This document shows, one piece after another, positions 50,902-58,740 of a stretch of 64,000 bases of DNA. The stretch covers positions 1,568,001-1,632,000 of the forward strand of contig OZ245777.1 of the NCBI GenBank assembly GCA_965227775.1. Direction: 5' to 3'. Below the pieces are notes generated by a model. It had not been told where the DNA came from and made no database searches. It worked only from the letters and a program-made list of their open reading frames with translations. The position numbers and the translations under genes are program-made. This stretch comes from Phycisphaerales bacterium. GTDB lineage: Bacteria; Planctomycetota; Phycisphaerae; Phycisphaerales; UBA1924. Numbering within the stretch: position 1 is the first letter of the stretch; the number at the start of each line of letters is the position of its first letter.

Positions 50902-52218
50902 TTACGAAAGCGCCTTGATCGCACCGGCGATCATGAACGAGCCGCAGCAGAGGATCACGCCGCTGGTTCCGGCCAGCGAACGAGCGATCGCCAACGCCTC
51001 TGCAGGATCAGGATTCGATTCGCAATTCTGATCGAACACGGCAGCGAGGTCATGGGCGGAGCGGGCGCGTGGGCCGGCCTCGGTGAATACCACGCGAGCG
51101 TTGGCGCGGCGCAACTCGGCAAACATGCCTTCGGCGTCCTTGTCTCTGGAGCAACCGAAGAGAACCACCAGCCGACCTTCGTGCCCGGGTAGTGCCGCCA
51201 GCGTGGCCCGCAGCGATGCGGGCGTGTGCGCACCATCCACGATCACCGCGGGCGCACGAGCGACGACCTCCATTCGTCCATCGCGGGGCGTGGACTCGAG
51301 ACCTTGGACGATCGCGTCTGCGCTGAGGCGGTCGCCCAGCATCTCGACGCTCGCCGCGACGGCGGCGGCAGTGTTGGCGGCCTGATGAGCCCCTGGGAGC
51401 GGGCAGCGAATGTCGATGAGGTCGCGGCCGTCGATGGAGACGCTCACGACAGCGTGCGCGTTGTCCATGCGGTGCTCGAACGGCAGGTCATCGCCGAGGA
51501 CGTGGAGTGGCGCGTCGATCTCGTCCGCTTGCGCTCGGAACACGTCGAGCACCTCCGGTGGATTCGGCGTGCAAATCGCTGGCACGCCAGGCTTCAGGAT
51601 GCCGGCCTTCTCGTAGGCGATCTCCGTGAGCGTCTCGCCCAGGATCTCCGTGTGCTCCAACTCGATCGACCCGAGCACGCATGCAGCCGGCCGGACGATG
51701 TTGGTCGAGTCGAGCCGGCCGCCCAGACCAACCTCGAGCACGGCCGCGTCGCAGGCCGACCTCGCGAAGTGGTCGAACGCGGCCGCGGTGATGGCCTCGA
51801 AGTAGGTTGGCGTGCCGAAGCGATCGATGACCTCGGGCGGCAAATCGGCCTCGCCCTGGGACACACGCCCGAGCGCGAGGGCCAGATCTGCATCCGAGAT
51901 CGGCACCCGGTCGACGGCGATGCGTTCGTTGGGCGCGATCAGGTGCGGGCTGGTGAATGCTCCTGTGCGCAGTCCGGCCGCGGTCAGGATGCTTGCCGCC
52001 ATCCTGGTGATGCTGCCCTTGCCCTTGCTACCGGCGACGTGGATGGCAGGGACGGCCAGGTGCGGATCGCCAAGAACGGCCGACAACGCCCGCATTCGGT
52101 CGAGCTTCAGCATGCGAACAGCTAGATCTCGGTTGGGCTGGCGCTCGAAGTTGACCTTGGCGTTGAGCCAGGCCATGGCGGCCTCGATGGACCCATCTTG
52201 CGGTGTTGGGGCTGGCAT
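50902..52218 (-). CDS. folC: Folylpolyglutamate synthase / dihydrofolate synthase
   Basis: HVAGSKGKGS, FTSPHL, EVGLGGRLDSTN, EKAGI, VDGAHT; start 52218 or 52257. Confidence 0.94.
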   Translation of the reverse strand: MPAPTPQDGSIEAAMAWLNAKVNFERQPNRDLAVRMLKLDRMRALSAVLGDPHLAVPAIHVAGSKGKGSITRMAASILTAAGLRTGAFTSPHLIAPNERIAVDRVPISDADLALALGRVSQGEADLPPEVIDRFGTPTYFEAITAAAFDHFARSACDAAVLEVGLGGRLDSTNIVRPAACVLGSIELEHTEILGETLTEIAYEKAGILKPGVPAICTPNPPEVLDVFRAQADEIDAPLHVLGDDLPFEHRMDNAHAVVSVSIDGRDLIDIRCPLPGAHQAANTAAAVAASVEMLGDRLSADAIVQGLESTPRDGRMEVVARAPAVIVDGAHTPASLRATLAALPGHEGRLVVLFGCSRDKDAEGMFAELRRANARVVFTEAGPRARSAHDLAAVFDQNCESNPDPAEALAIARSLAGTSGVILCCGSFMIAGAIKALS

Positions 52219-52255
52219 CGCTTGCTTGTGGCCGTCGGAGGCCGATGATCCCGGC

Positions 52256-53113
52256 ATGGCCGAGCATAGTAAAGAGCAAACTGGTGATCGTGACGGCATG
52301 CACTTTGGCCCCTTCCCCGAAGCGCAAACCGACCGCGGACATGATTCCTGGCGGGTGCTGCGGATCATGAGCGAGTTCGTCGAGGGGTTCGACACACTCG
52401 AGCGGCTGCCGCCGGCGGTCACCATCTTCGGCTCGGCTCGTACCAAGCTGGACCAGCCGATGTACGAGGCGGCTCGGCGAATGGGGCGTGCGCTGGCCGA
52501 GTCGGGCCTCACCGTCGTTACAGGCGGCGGCCCGGGCATCATGGAGGCCGGCAACCGAGGGGCTTACGAGGCGGGCGGTCGATCGGTGGGCATGAATATC
52601 GCGCTGCCCATGGAGCAGGCCCCCAACCCCTACCAGACCGACGAGCTGACCTTCGAGTACTTCTTCGTTCGCAAGGTGATGCTCGTGAAGTACGCCAGGG
52701 CCTTCGTCATCTTCCCGGGCGGCTTCGGGACCCTCGACGAGTTCTTCGAGTCCATGACGCTCATGCAGACGCTCAAGATCAAGCCGTTCCCCCTGATCCT
52801 GTTCGGTTCGGAGTTCTGGGCAGAACCGGTCGCGTGGATCCGGGAGAGCATGTGTAACAAGTTCCAAACAATTTCTGAAGCCGACCTCTCGCTGTTTCAT
52901 GTTGTCGACGACGTCGACGCTGCCATGGCCCTCATCAAGCCGGCGATCGAGGGAACGTACGAAACAGCGCTGCCCGGAGTCATCGGACCTGCGGCGCGCG
53001 AAAGCGGAGAAGGGACCCGCCGTGGCGTGCATCCCAGGCGTGGTGGACCGACGTCGAGCGGGCGTCCTTCGGGCTACCGTTCGGAGATTCCACGACGATT
53101 CGATGCAGACTGA
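52256..53113 (+). CDS. LOG family (TIGR00730-like) nucleotide phosphoribohydrolase
   Basis: VTIFGSAR, TGGGPGIMEAGN, FFVRK, PGGFGTLDE; start 52256 or 52298. Confidence 0.92.
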   Translation: MAEHSKEQTGDRDGMHFGPFPEAQTDRGHDSWRVLRIMSEFVEGFDTLERLPPAVTIFGSARTKLDQPMYEAARRMGRALAESGLTVVTGGGPGIMEAGNRGAYEAGGRSVGMNIALPMEQAPNPYQTDELTFEYFFVRKVMLVKYARAFVIFPGGFGTLDEFFESMTLMQTLKIKPFPLILFGSEFWAEPVAWIRESMCNKFQTISEADLSLFHVVDDVDAAMALIKPAIEGTYETALPGVIGPAARESGEGTRRGVHPRRGGPTSSGRPSGYRSEIPRRFDAD

Positions 53114-53260
53114 GGTTGATTCTTCGGGTGAAATCTGCGATACTGCCGGTCCGGGCCCGCTCGCATCGCAGCCGCGCCCGACCGATTCGCGACGGACCGG
53201 CAAATCGTGGGTGCCGGCCGCTCTCAGCCTCCATCGGGCTAGACCCCTCTAGGAGTCGCC

Positions 53261-53731
53261 ATGGCTTCCAAAGGCAACGCGAGCATCGGCGCCGAAAAGA
53301 ACGTCACAAAGAAACACCTGGTCGACGAGATCACCCGCCAGACCAAGCTTTCACGGCACGACGTGCAGAACGTGGTGCAGGGCGTGCTCGACCAGATCAT
53401 CGAGGCCGTCGGAAATGGTCAGCGCATCGAGATCCGAGACTTCGGTGTGTTCGAGGTGAAGGAGCGAGCCGCCAGGACCGCCCAGAACCCGAAGACGCTC
53501 GAGCCAGTGACCGTGCCGCCGAAGCAAGCCGTGCGGTTCAAGCCGGGTCGGCTGATGAAGGCCGCCCTGGAGGCTCGAGTCGATAGTCGTCGGGACGGGA
53601 CGGCCGGCGAGCCGGAACCCGTGCCTGCGGTCGAACCATTGCTCAACGGGCAAGCCCAGCGAGAAGATGAGGCACCTCTGATCGAGGTTCGGCGCGAGGA
53701 GCGTGTGCCCGCCGCCGCCGGCCGGCACTGA
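53261..53731 (+). CDS. HU/IHF-family DNA-binding protein with C-terminal extension
   Basis: VTKKHLV, IEIRDFGVFEV, AQNPKT, VRFKPG. Confidence 0.92.
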   Translation: MASKGNASIGAEKNVTKKHLVDEITRQTKLSRHDVQNVVQGVLDQIIEAVGNGQRIEIRDFGVFEVKERAARTAQNPKTLEPVTVPPKQAVRFKPGRLMKAALEARVDSRRDGTAGEPEPVPAVEPLLNGQAQREDEAPLIEVRREERVPAAAGRH

Positions 53732-53878
53732 CCTTTTTCGAGTTCGCGAGCGTAGGGAGACATGCCCACTGCGGGGTGACGCGGTGGCGCTGGTCTCTAC
53801 AATGACCATCTGGACCGCATTCCCGGGCCGGCGCGACGCCACAGGCGAACAGCGGCCCGTTCGAGTTGGAGTTGCCTC

Positions 53879-54142
53879 ATGCCTCACGTGATCGCCGAAC
53901 CCTGCATCGGGACAAAGGACACCTCATGCGTGGAGGTGTGCCCCGTCGACTGCATCCATCCGGGCAAGGACGAAGGCGAGTTCGAGCAGGCAAGCCAGCT
54001 CTACATCGATCCCGATACGTGCATCGATTGCGGGCTGTGCGTCGACGAGTGCCCCGTGCAGGCGATCTTCCCCGAGGAGGACCTGCCCGAGCAATGGAAC
54101 AAGTACGTCGAGCTAAACCTGGATTTCTACAAGGACAAGTAG
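53879..54142 (+). CDS. Dicluster ferredoxin (7Fe FdxA-like)
   Basis: CIGTKDTSCVEVCPVDC and CIDCGLCVDECP. Confidence 0.92.
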   Translation: MPHVIAEPCIGTKDTSCVEVCPVDCIHPGKDEGEFEQASQLYIDPDTCIDCGLCVDECPVQAIFPEEDLPEQWNKYVELNLDFYKDK

Positions 54143-54170
54143 TCGGCTCGATTCGCCGGGTAGCCCTGGC

Positions 54171-54761
54171 TTAGGCGGCTGAGTCGCGCTTCTTGAACGC
54201 GGCGCGTGCCGCGGCGTTGCGCTGCAGCTGCTTGTCGGTGCGCACGTTGTGCGGCGACTCGGGCGGCTCGGTCCAGTCTTCGGCCCTGCCCAGGTCGACG
54301 GCGGCCTTCTGCACCTTGCGATAGCCCAGCAGACGGATGATTTCGAGCACGTCGCTCCACGCGGGGAAGGTCACGTCGTTTCCCTTTTTGAACGCATCGA
54401 TGGCCATCAGGAACATGAACTGCTCCTGGGTCATCTCGCCCTCTTCGGCCGAGCGATGAAAATCGCTCAGCCGGCGGCCTCGGCCGCGGCGTCGCTCGAG
54501 CCCGGTCGGCGCAGCGGCACCCGGCATGTTGCGGCGGTCGAGTCCGAGCCGGCGGTCGACAACTTCGGCCCGGCGGGGTTCGGGCGGTGGGGACGCGTCG
54601 TCGCCCGCGACAGCGTCCGAGTCGGCGAGCGGCGCGATCGCCTCGTCGAGCAACGCCGATTCGTCTTCGTTTAGCTCGAGCTCGTGGAGATCGACCTCGA
54701 AGCGATCGGGGCTGCCCGCGCGATCCTTCGGGTTGTTGCGATCGTCGTTGGTGCGTGGCAT
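54171..54761 (-). CDS. Hypothetical protein with repeated (D/E)RR motifs and a compact C-terminal domain
   Basis: DRRLGLDRR, ERRRGRGRR, then EEGEMTQEQFMFLMAIDAFK...FPAWSDVLEIIRLLGYRK. Confidence 0.8.
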   Translation of the reverse strand: MPRTNDDRNNPKDRAGSPDRFEVDLHELELNEDESALLDEAIAPLADSDAVAGDDASPPPEPRRAEVVDRRLGLDRRNMPGAAAPTGLERRRGRGRRLSDFHRSAEEGEMTQEQFMFLMAIDAFKKGNDVTFPAWSDVLEIIRLLGYRKVQKAAVDLGRAEDWTEPPESPHNVRTDKQLQRNAAARAAFKKRDSAA

Positions 54762-54851
54762 GGACGGCGTACTCCCGGCCGTCGGCTCACAGCACGCGGT
54801 CGATACCAAGGCCAGCATCGGCCCGGGATCGGGGCGTGGGTGCCCTAGGCC

Positions 54852-55106
54852 CTAGAGGTCTTCGTCGTCCTCATCGGCATCTTCATCGTCGTCGGCCACC
54901 TCGTCTTCGTCGTCGTCGAGGAAGTCGGCGTCGTAGTCCTCGTCTTCCTCGTCGTCGTCGTAGTCGAGATCGTCAAAGTCGTCCTCGTCCTCATCATCGT
55001 CATACGCGACAACGTCCGAGTTGTCGGGCTGCCAGGGCGAGGGCCCGGGGACCAGGACCGCGGTGGCCCCGGTAACTTCTTCGGCATCGAGCGTGAGCGT
55101 GGGCAT
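54852..55106 (-). CDS. Small hyper-acidic protein (84 aa)
   Basis: 38 of the last 50 residues are D/E by hand count, encoded by mixed GAC/GAT/GAG/GAA codons. Confidence 0.65.
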   Translation of the reverse strand: MPTLTLDAEEVTGATAVLVPGPSPWQPDNSDVVAYDDDEDEDDFDDLDYDDDEEDEDYDADFLDDDEDEVADDDEDADEDDEDL

Positions 55107-55359
55107 GTCTGTTCGTCCGCATGGGTGCGGCGGCGTCTGCCGCACCTGTAGTCCAGGATGGGAGCCGGTTCACCGCGTGCCCTCCGGCGGCAGGCCCGGT
55201 CGACCCTTCCGGTGGACCAGTCCGAGCGAGCGCTAGGAGCGCCGCAAGGCTACACCCCTTCCGGGCCGTGTCAACTGCCCTCCGGCTGCCGCGCGGCCGA
55301 GGCGTCGGGGCTCGTGCGGCGTGCGGAGTGAGGGCACGCCTGGGGCTACCATCGGCCTC

Positions 55360-56004
55360 ATGTCAGAAGCCCCCGAATCGCCCGCACTTTCAGCCGAGAA
55401 GCCCGCTCCGGCGGCCGCGCCCTCGCGGTTCGCGGCCGGGCCGGAGCGGTTCCATCCCGTGGCAGGCGTCGCCGGGCTGCTGCTGCCCGGACTCGGCCAC
55501 GTCGTGCTTGGCCAGCCCCGGCGCGCGTTCGCCGTTGGGTTGGGTGTGCTGGGGCTGTTCTTCGGCGGCCTGCTCGTAGGCGGCATCGACACGATCGATA
55601 GCCGCGAAGACCGCCTGTGGTTCTATGTCCACGCCCTCGTCGGTCCGGTGACTTTTGCCGCCGACTGGGTCAACCAGAACCAGTTCAAGGCGTGGGCGTT
55701 GGACATGACGCCCGCCGGGCGTGCCGAACCGGCATTTCGCTCGGCCTATCCCGGCGAGGTCCGCGTCTCAAACGCCCAGGACGGCCGCATGCCCTACCCG
55801 CAACTGACGCGCACGCCGCAGTGGGGGGACGGCACCGTTTTCCAGGGCTCGCCTGGCGCTGGTAAGTCGGTTGGCAAGGTGAACGAGGTCGCGCTGCTCA
55901 TGGTGGCCCTCGCGGGCATGCTGAATCTGGTGGCGGTGCTCGATGCGCTCTTCAACCGGCGCCGCCGCGAGTCTGAGTTGTACGGCAAGGGGGCCACGTC
56001 GTGA
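55360..56004 (+). CDS. Planctomycete membrane protein (DUF6677-like)
   Basis: LLPGLGHVVLG...RA and C-terminal LAGMLNLVAVLDA. Confidence 0.75.
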   Translation: MSEAPESPALSAEKPAPAAAPSRFAAGPERFHPVAGVAGLLLPGLGHVVLGQPRRAFAVGLGVLGLFFGGLLVGGIDTIDSREDRLWFYVHALVGPVTFAADWVNQNQFKAWALDMTPAGRAEPAFRSAYPGEVRVSNAQDGRMPYPQLTRTPQWGDGTVFQGSPGAGKSVGKVNEVALLMVALAGMLNLVAVLDALFNRRRRESELYGKGATS

Positions 56005-56270
56005 TGGCGTCGTCGCTCTCACTCGTGCTCGCCTGGCGGCCGTTCGTCGATCCGATGGACGCCCACGCGTGGTGGTTCCTGCTGCTGCTGCCCATCGCGT
56101 TCCTCGTGAGCCTGGCGTGGAAGGCCGTTCGGGTGGATGACGTCATGAAGCTGGCAAGGCCGGTCGTGGTCATGACCGCCCAGGTGATCCTGGCGATGCT
56201 CGGCCTCGGGCTTGCTGCGTTTGTCGGGCTGGTGGTCGTGCTGCCGATGCTCGCGGGTCTGTCGAGATGA
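56001..56270 (+). CDS. Small two-TM membrane protein
   Basis: WRPFVDPM...WWFLLLLPIAFLVSLAWKAVR; coupled on both sides (GTGA, ATGA). Confidence 0.75.
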   Translation: MMASSLSLVLAWRPFVDPMDAHAWWFLLLLPIAFLVSLAWKAVRVDDVMKLARPVVVMTAQVILAMLGLGLAAFVGLVVVLPMLAGLSR

Positions 56271-56749
56271 ACGTCCACGACGTGTCTCGGGTTGCGGTCC
56301 TGATGGCCTGCCTTGGTGCGCTCCTCGCGACGAGCGGCTGCATCACGCGTCCGACCGCCCGCGTCGAGGGCGTGAGCGTGCAGGAGACGACCGACGAGGC
56401 GGCCGTTCTCGTGTTCACCGTGGTTGCGACCAACGTCGGCGAGACCGAGCTACCCCTGCGACTGGTCGACTACACGCTGAGCATCGAGGGTGAACGCGTG
56501 TTCCGGGGCCGGCGCAGCGCCGAGGCCACGCTGAGCCGACAGGACCGCCAGTTCGTCGATTTGCCCGTGCCCATCGAGTGGGACGACCTGCCCGTGCGCG
56601 AGGTGCGCTACCGCCTGCGAGGCAGCCTGGGCTACACGCTGCCGGGCATCTTCTGGAATGCCATGTTCGACGCGCGGCTCTACAGGCCCAACGCCCGCTT
56701 CGAGTTTGAGGGCACGCTCGACGCCTCCGCACTCGTGCCGGGTGGCTGA
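56267..56749 (+). CDS. LEA_2/WHy-domain lipoprotein
   Basis: Lipobox TSGC; ATNVGETELPLRLVDYTLSIEG; YRLRGSL. Confidence 0.8.
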   Translation: MNVHDVSRVAVLMACLGALLATSGCITRPTARVEGVSVQETTDEAAVLVFTVVATNVGETELPLRLVDYTLSIEGERVFRGRRSAEATLSRQDRQFVDLPVPIEWDDLPVREVRYRLRGSLGYTLPGIFWNAMFDARLYRPNARFEFEGTLDASALVPGG

Positions 56750-56752
56750 GCC

Positions 56753-58684
56753 TCACACGAAGTACAGCCCGGCCACGTACTCACGAACCATGCGCTGCGT
56801 CGTGAAGTGCGAGCCGTTGATCGCGATCGAGTGCGCCATGATGTCGGCCCATTGGGTGCGGTTCTCGAACGCCGGCAGGATGACCGTTTCGAGCTTGTCG
56901 TAGACGTCCTGGGCGTGGTTGCGATCTTGTGTATTGGTCGTTGGCGCCTTGCGCTTGCGGCCCGGGCCAAAGTCGTCCTTGCCGATCGCCCAGCCGGTCA
57001 GGCCCTCGATGCAGCCCTCCAGCCACCAGCCGTCGAGCGTGCTGAGGTTCGGCACGCCGTTGATGGCGGCCTTCATGCCGCTGGTGCCGCTGGCCTCGAG
57101 CGGCGGTCGTGGCGTGTTGAGCCAGATGTCGCTGCCGGCAGTCATGAGGCCGCAAAGGTCCATGTTGTAGTTGGGCAGGTAGACCACGCGGGCGTGCTTG
57201 AGTCGCTTCGCCTTACGCAGCGTGTCGACGATCATGGCTTGGCCGGGCTCGTCCTTGGGGTGGGCCTTGCCCGCCAGCACGACCTGGATGCCGTCGTGCT
57301 TCTCGGCGATCTCGTCGAACTTCTTGGGGTTGCGCAGCAGCAGGGTCAGCCGCTTGTACGCGGTCGCGCGGCGGCCGAAGCCGATGGTGAAGGTATCGAG
57401 GTCGAAGTCGGCATCGGTGAGCTCGTTTACACGATCGATGAGCGCAACCTTCGCGCGAAGGTGGGCCTTGAGAAGGGCCTTGCGATCCAGATCGATGGCA
57501 AAGCGCAGCTCGCTGTTGTCCTCTCGCCAGCCGGGCATGTGCTTGTCAAACAGCTTCGCCATGTCGCCGCACACCCAGGTTCGCGCGTGGATGCCGTTGG
57601 TCACCGACAGGATGTCGTCGCGCCCGAACATCTTGCGAGAGACCTCGGCGTGTCGCCGAGCGACGGCGTTGATGCGTCCACTGCCCCAGAAGCCCGTGAG
57701 GGTCATGTTCAGCGTGCCCTCCGGCGGCGGTGGGGGCTCGGCGACCGCAGTGCCGCCACCGCCGTAGCGGCGACTGGCTCGCTCGGTCATGGGCACGCCC
57801 GCGGGCAGTGCGTATGACGGCACCGGAGCATCACTGGAAGCGACAGCCTGGGCAACCGGCTGCGGTGGGCCCTGCGCCGCATTGGGGTTGGCGTCCATCG
57901 GCGCTTCGTGCATCGCACCCTGCGGCTCGGGGTGCAGCAGCGCGACGATTTCCGGGTCGAGGATGCTGTGCACCATCTCCATCGGGAAGCGATCGTGGCC
58001 GGCGGGCACGGGCGTGTGCGTGGTGAACACGCACTTCTCCTGCACCTCGGCGAGCACGCTCGCGTCGTTGGGCTTGCGGTGCGTGTGCCGCGAGATGTGG
58101 CGAACGAGCTCGGGGACGAGCAGGCTCGCGTGGCCCTCGTTCATGTGGTAGACCTTCAGACTCCGGCAACCCAGCGACTCGAGCATGCGAACGCCGCCGA
58201 CGCCCAGGATGGCTTCCTGACGCAGGCGCAGCTCGTCGTCACCGCCGTACAGGCGGTTGGTGATCTCGCGGTGGTCTTTGCGGTTCTGGGGCAGATCCGT
58301 GTCGAGGAAGATGACCGGCGTCTCGTACCCGTGGTACTTGTCGCGGATGGTTGTCTTCCACGCGCCGACGCGCACCGTGCGACCGTCGAGCTTCACGCTG
58401 ATCTCGTTGCGCAGCCGCTCCATGTGCTTTTCGGGCTTCCACGAGATGGGCTCGTCGTGCTGCGTGCCGTCCTTGTCGAGCGTCTGCTTGAAGTAGCCGC
58501 CGCGGTGCAGCAGCGAGACGGCGACCATGGGCACCTTCAGGTTGCACGCCGATCGCACGGTGTCGCCCGCCAGCACGCCAAGCCCGCCTGAGTATGTCGG
58601 GATCTTGTCGTTGATGGCGATCTCCATCGTGAAGTAGGCCACGCTGGGATCGATGCCGAGGTGCGGGTTCTGGCTGGCGGGCAT
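56753..58684 (-). CDS. glgP: Alpha-glucan (glycogen) phosphorylase, GT35
   Basis: YSGGLGVLAGD, HMNEGH, FTTHTPVPAGHD, VTNGIH, AGKAHP, EASGTSGMK (PLP Lys). Confidence 0.95.
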   Translation of the reverse strand: MPASQNPHLGIDPSVAYFTMEIAINDKIPTYSGGLGVLAGDTVRSACNLKVPMVAVSLLHRGGYFKQTLDKDGTQHDEPISWKPEKHMERLRNEISVKLDGRTVRVGAWKTTIRDKYHGYETPVIFLDTDLPQNRKDHREITNRLYGGDDELRLRQEAILGVGGVRMLESLGCRSLKVYHMNEGHASLLVPELVRHISRHTHRKPNDASVLAEVQEKCVFTTHTPVPAGHDRFPMEMVHSILDPEIVALLHPEPQGAMHEAPMDANPNAAQGPPQPVAQAVASSDAPVPSYALPAGVPMTERASRRYGGGGTAVAEPPPPPEGTLNMTLTGFWGSGRINAVARRHAEVSRKMFGRDDILSVTNGIHARTWVCGDMAKLFDKHMPGWREDNSELRFAIDLDRKALLKAHLRAKVALIDRVNELTDADFDLDTFTIGFGRRATAYKRLTLLLRNPKKFDEIAEKHDGIQVVLAGKAHPKDEPGQAMIVDTLRKAKRLKHARVVYLPNYNMDLCGLMTAGSDIWLNTPRPPLEASGTSGMKAAINGVPNLSTLDGWWLEGCIEGLTGWAIGKDDFGPGRKRKAPTTNTQDRNHAQDVYDKLETVILPAFENRTQWADIMAHSIAINGSHFTTQRMVREYVAGLYFV

Positions 58685-58740
58685 GGGGCGAGTCCTTCCG
58701 ATAAGCGATGCCTGGCGACGCGTGCGAGAGGGGGCCGGGT

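Noticed and set aside
53805..53870. Structured leader upstream of the ferredoxin gene as a riboswitch
   Set aside because: GGGCCG/CGGCCC and CGCC/GGCG stems are present but match no riboswitch consensus I recognise, and such stems are common at this GC level.
54845..55087. Thr-rich ORF or tandem DNA repeat/CRISPR in the (TCG/TCA)n stretch
   Set aside because: It is the alternative frame of Asp/Glu codons; there is no fixed-length repeat-spacer structure.
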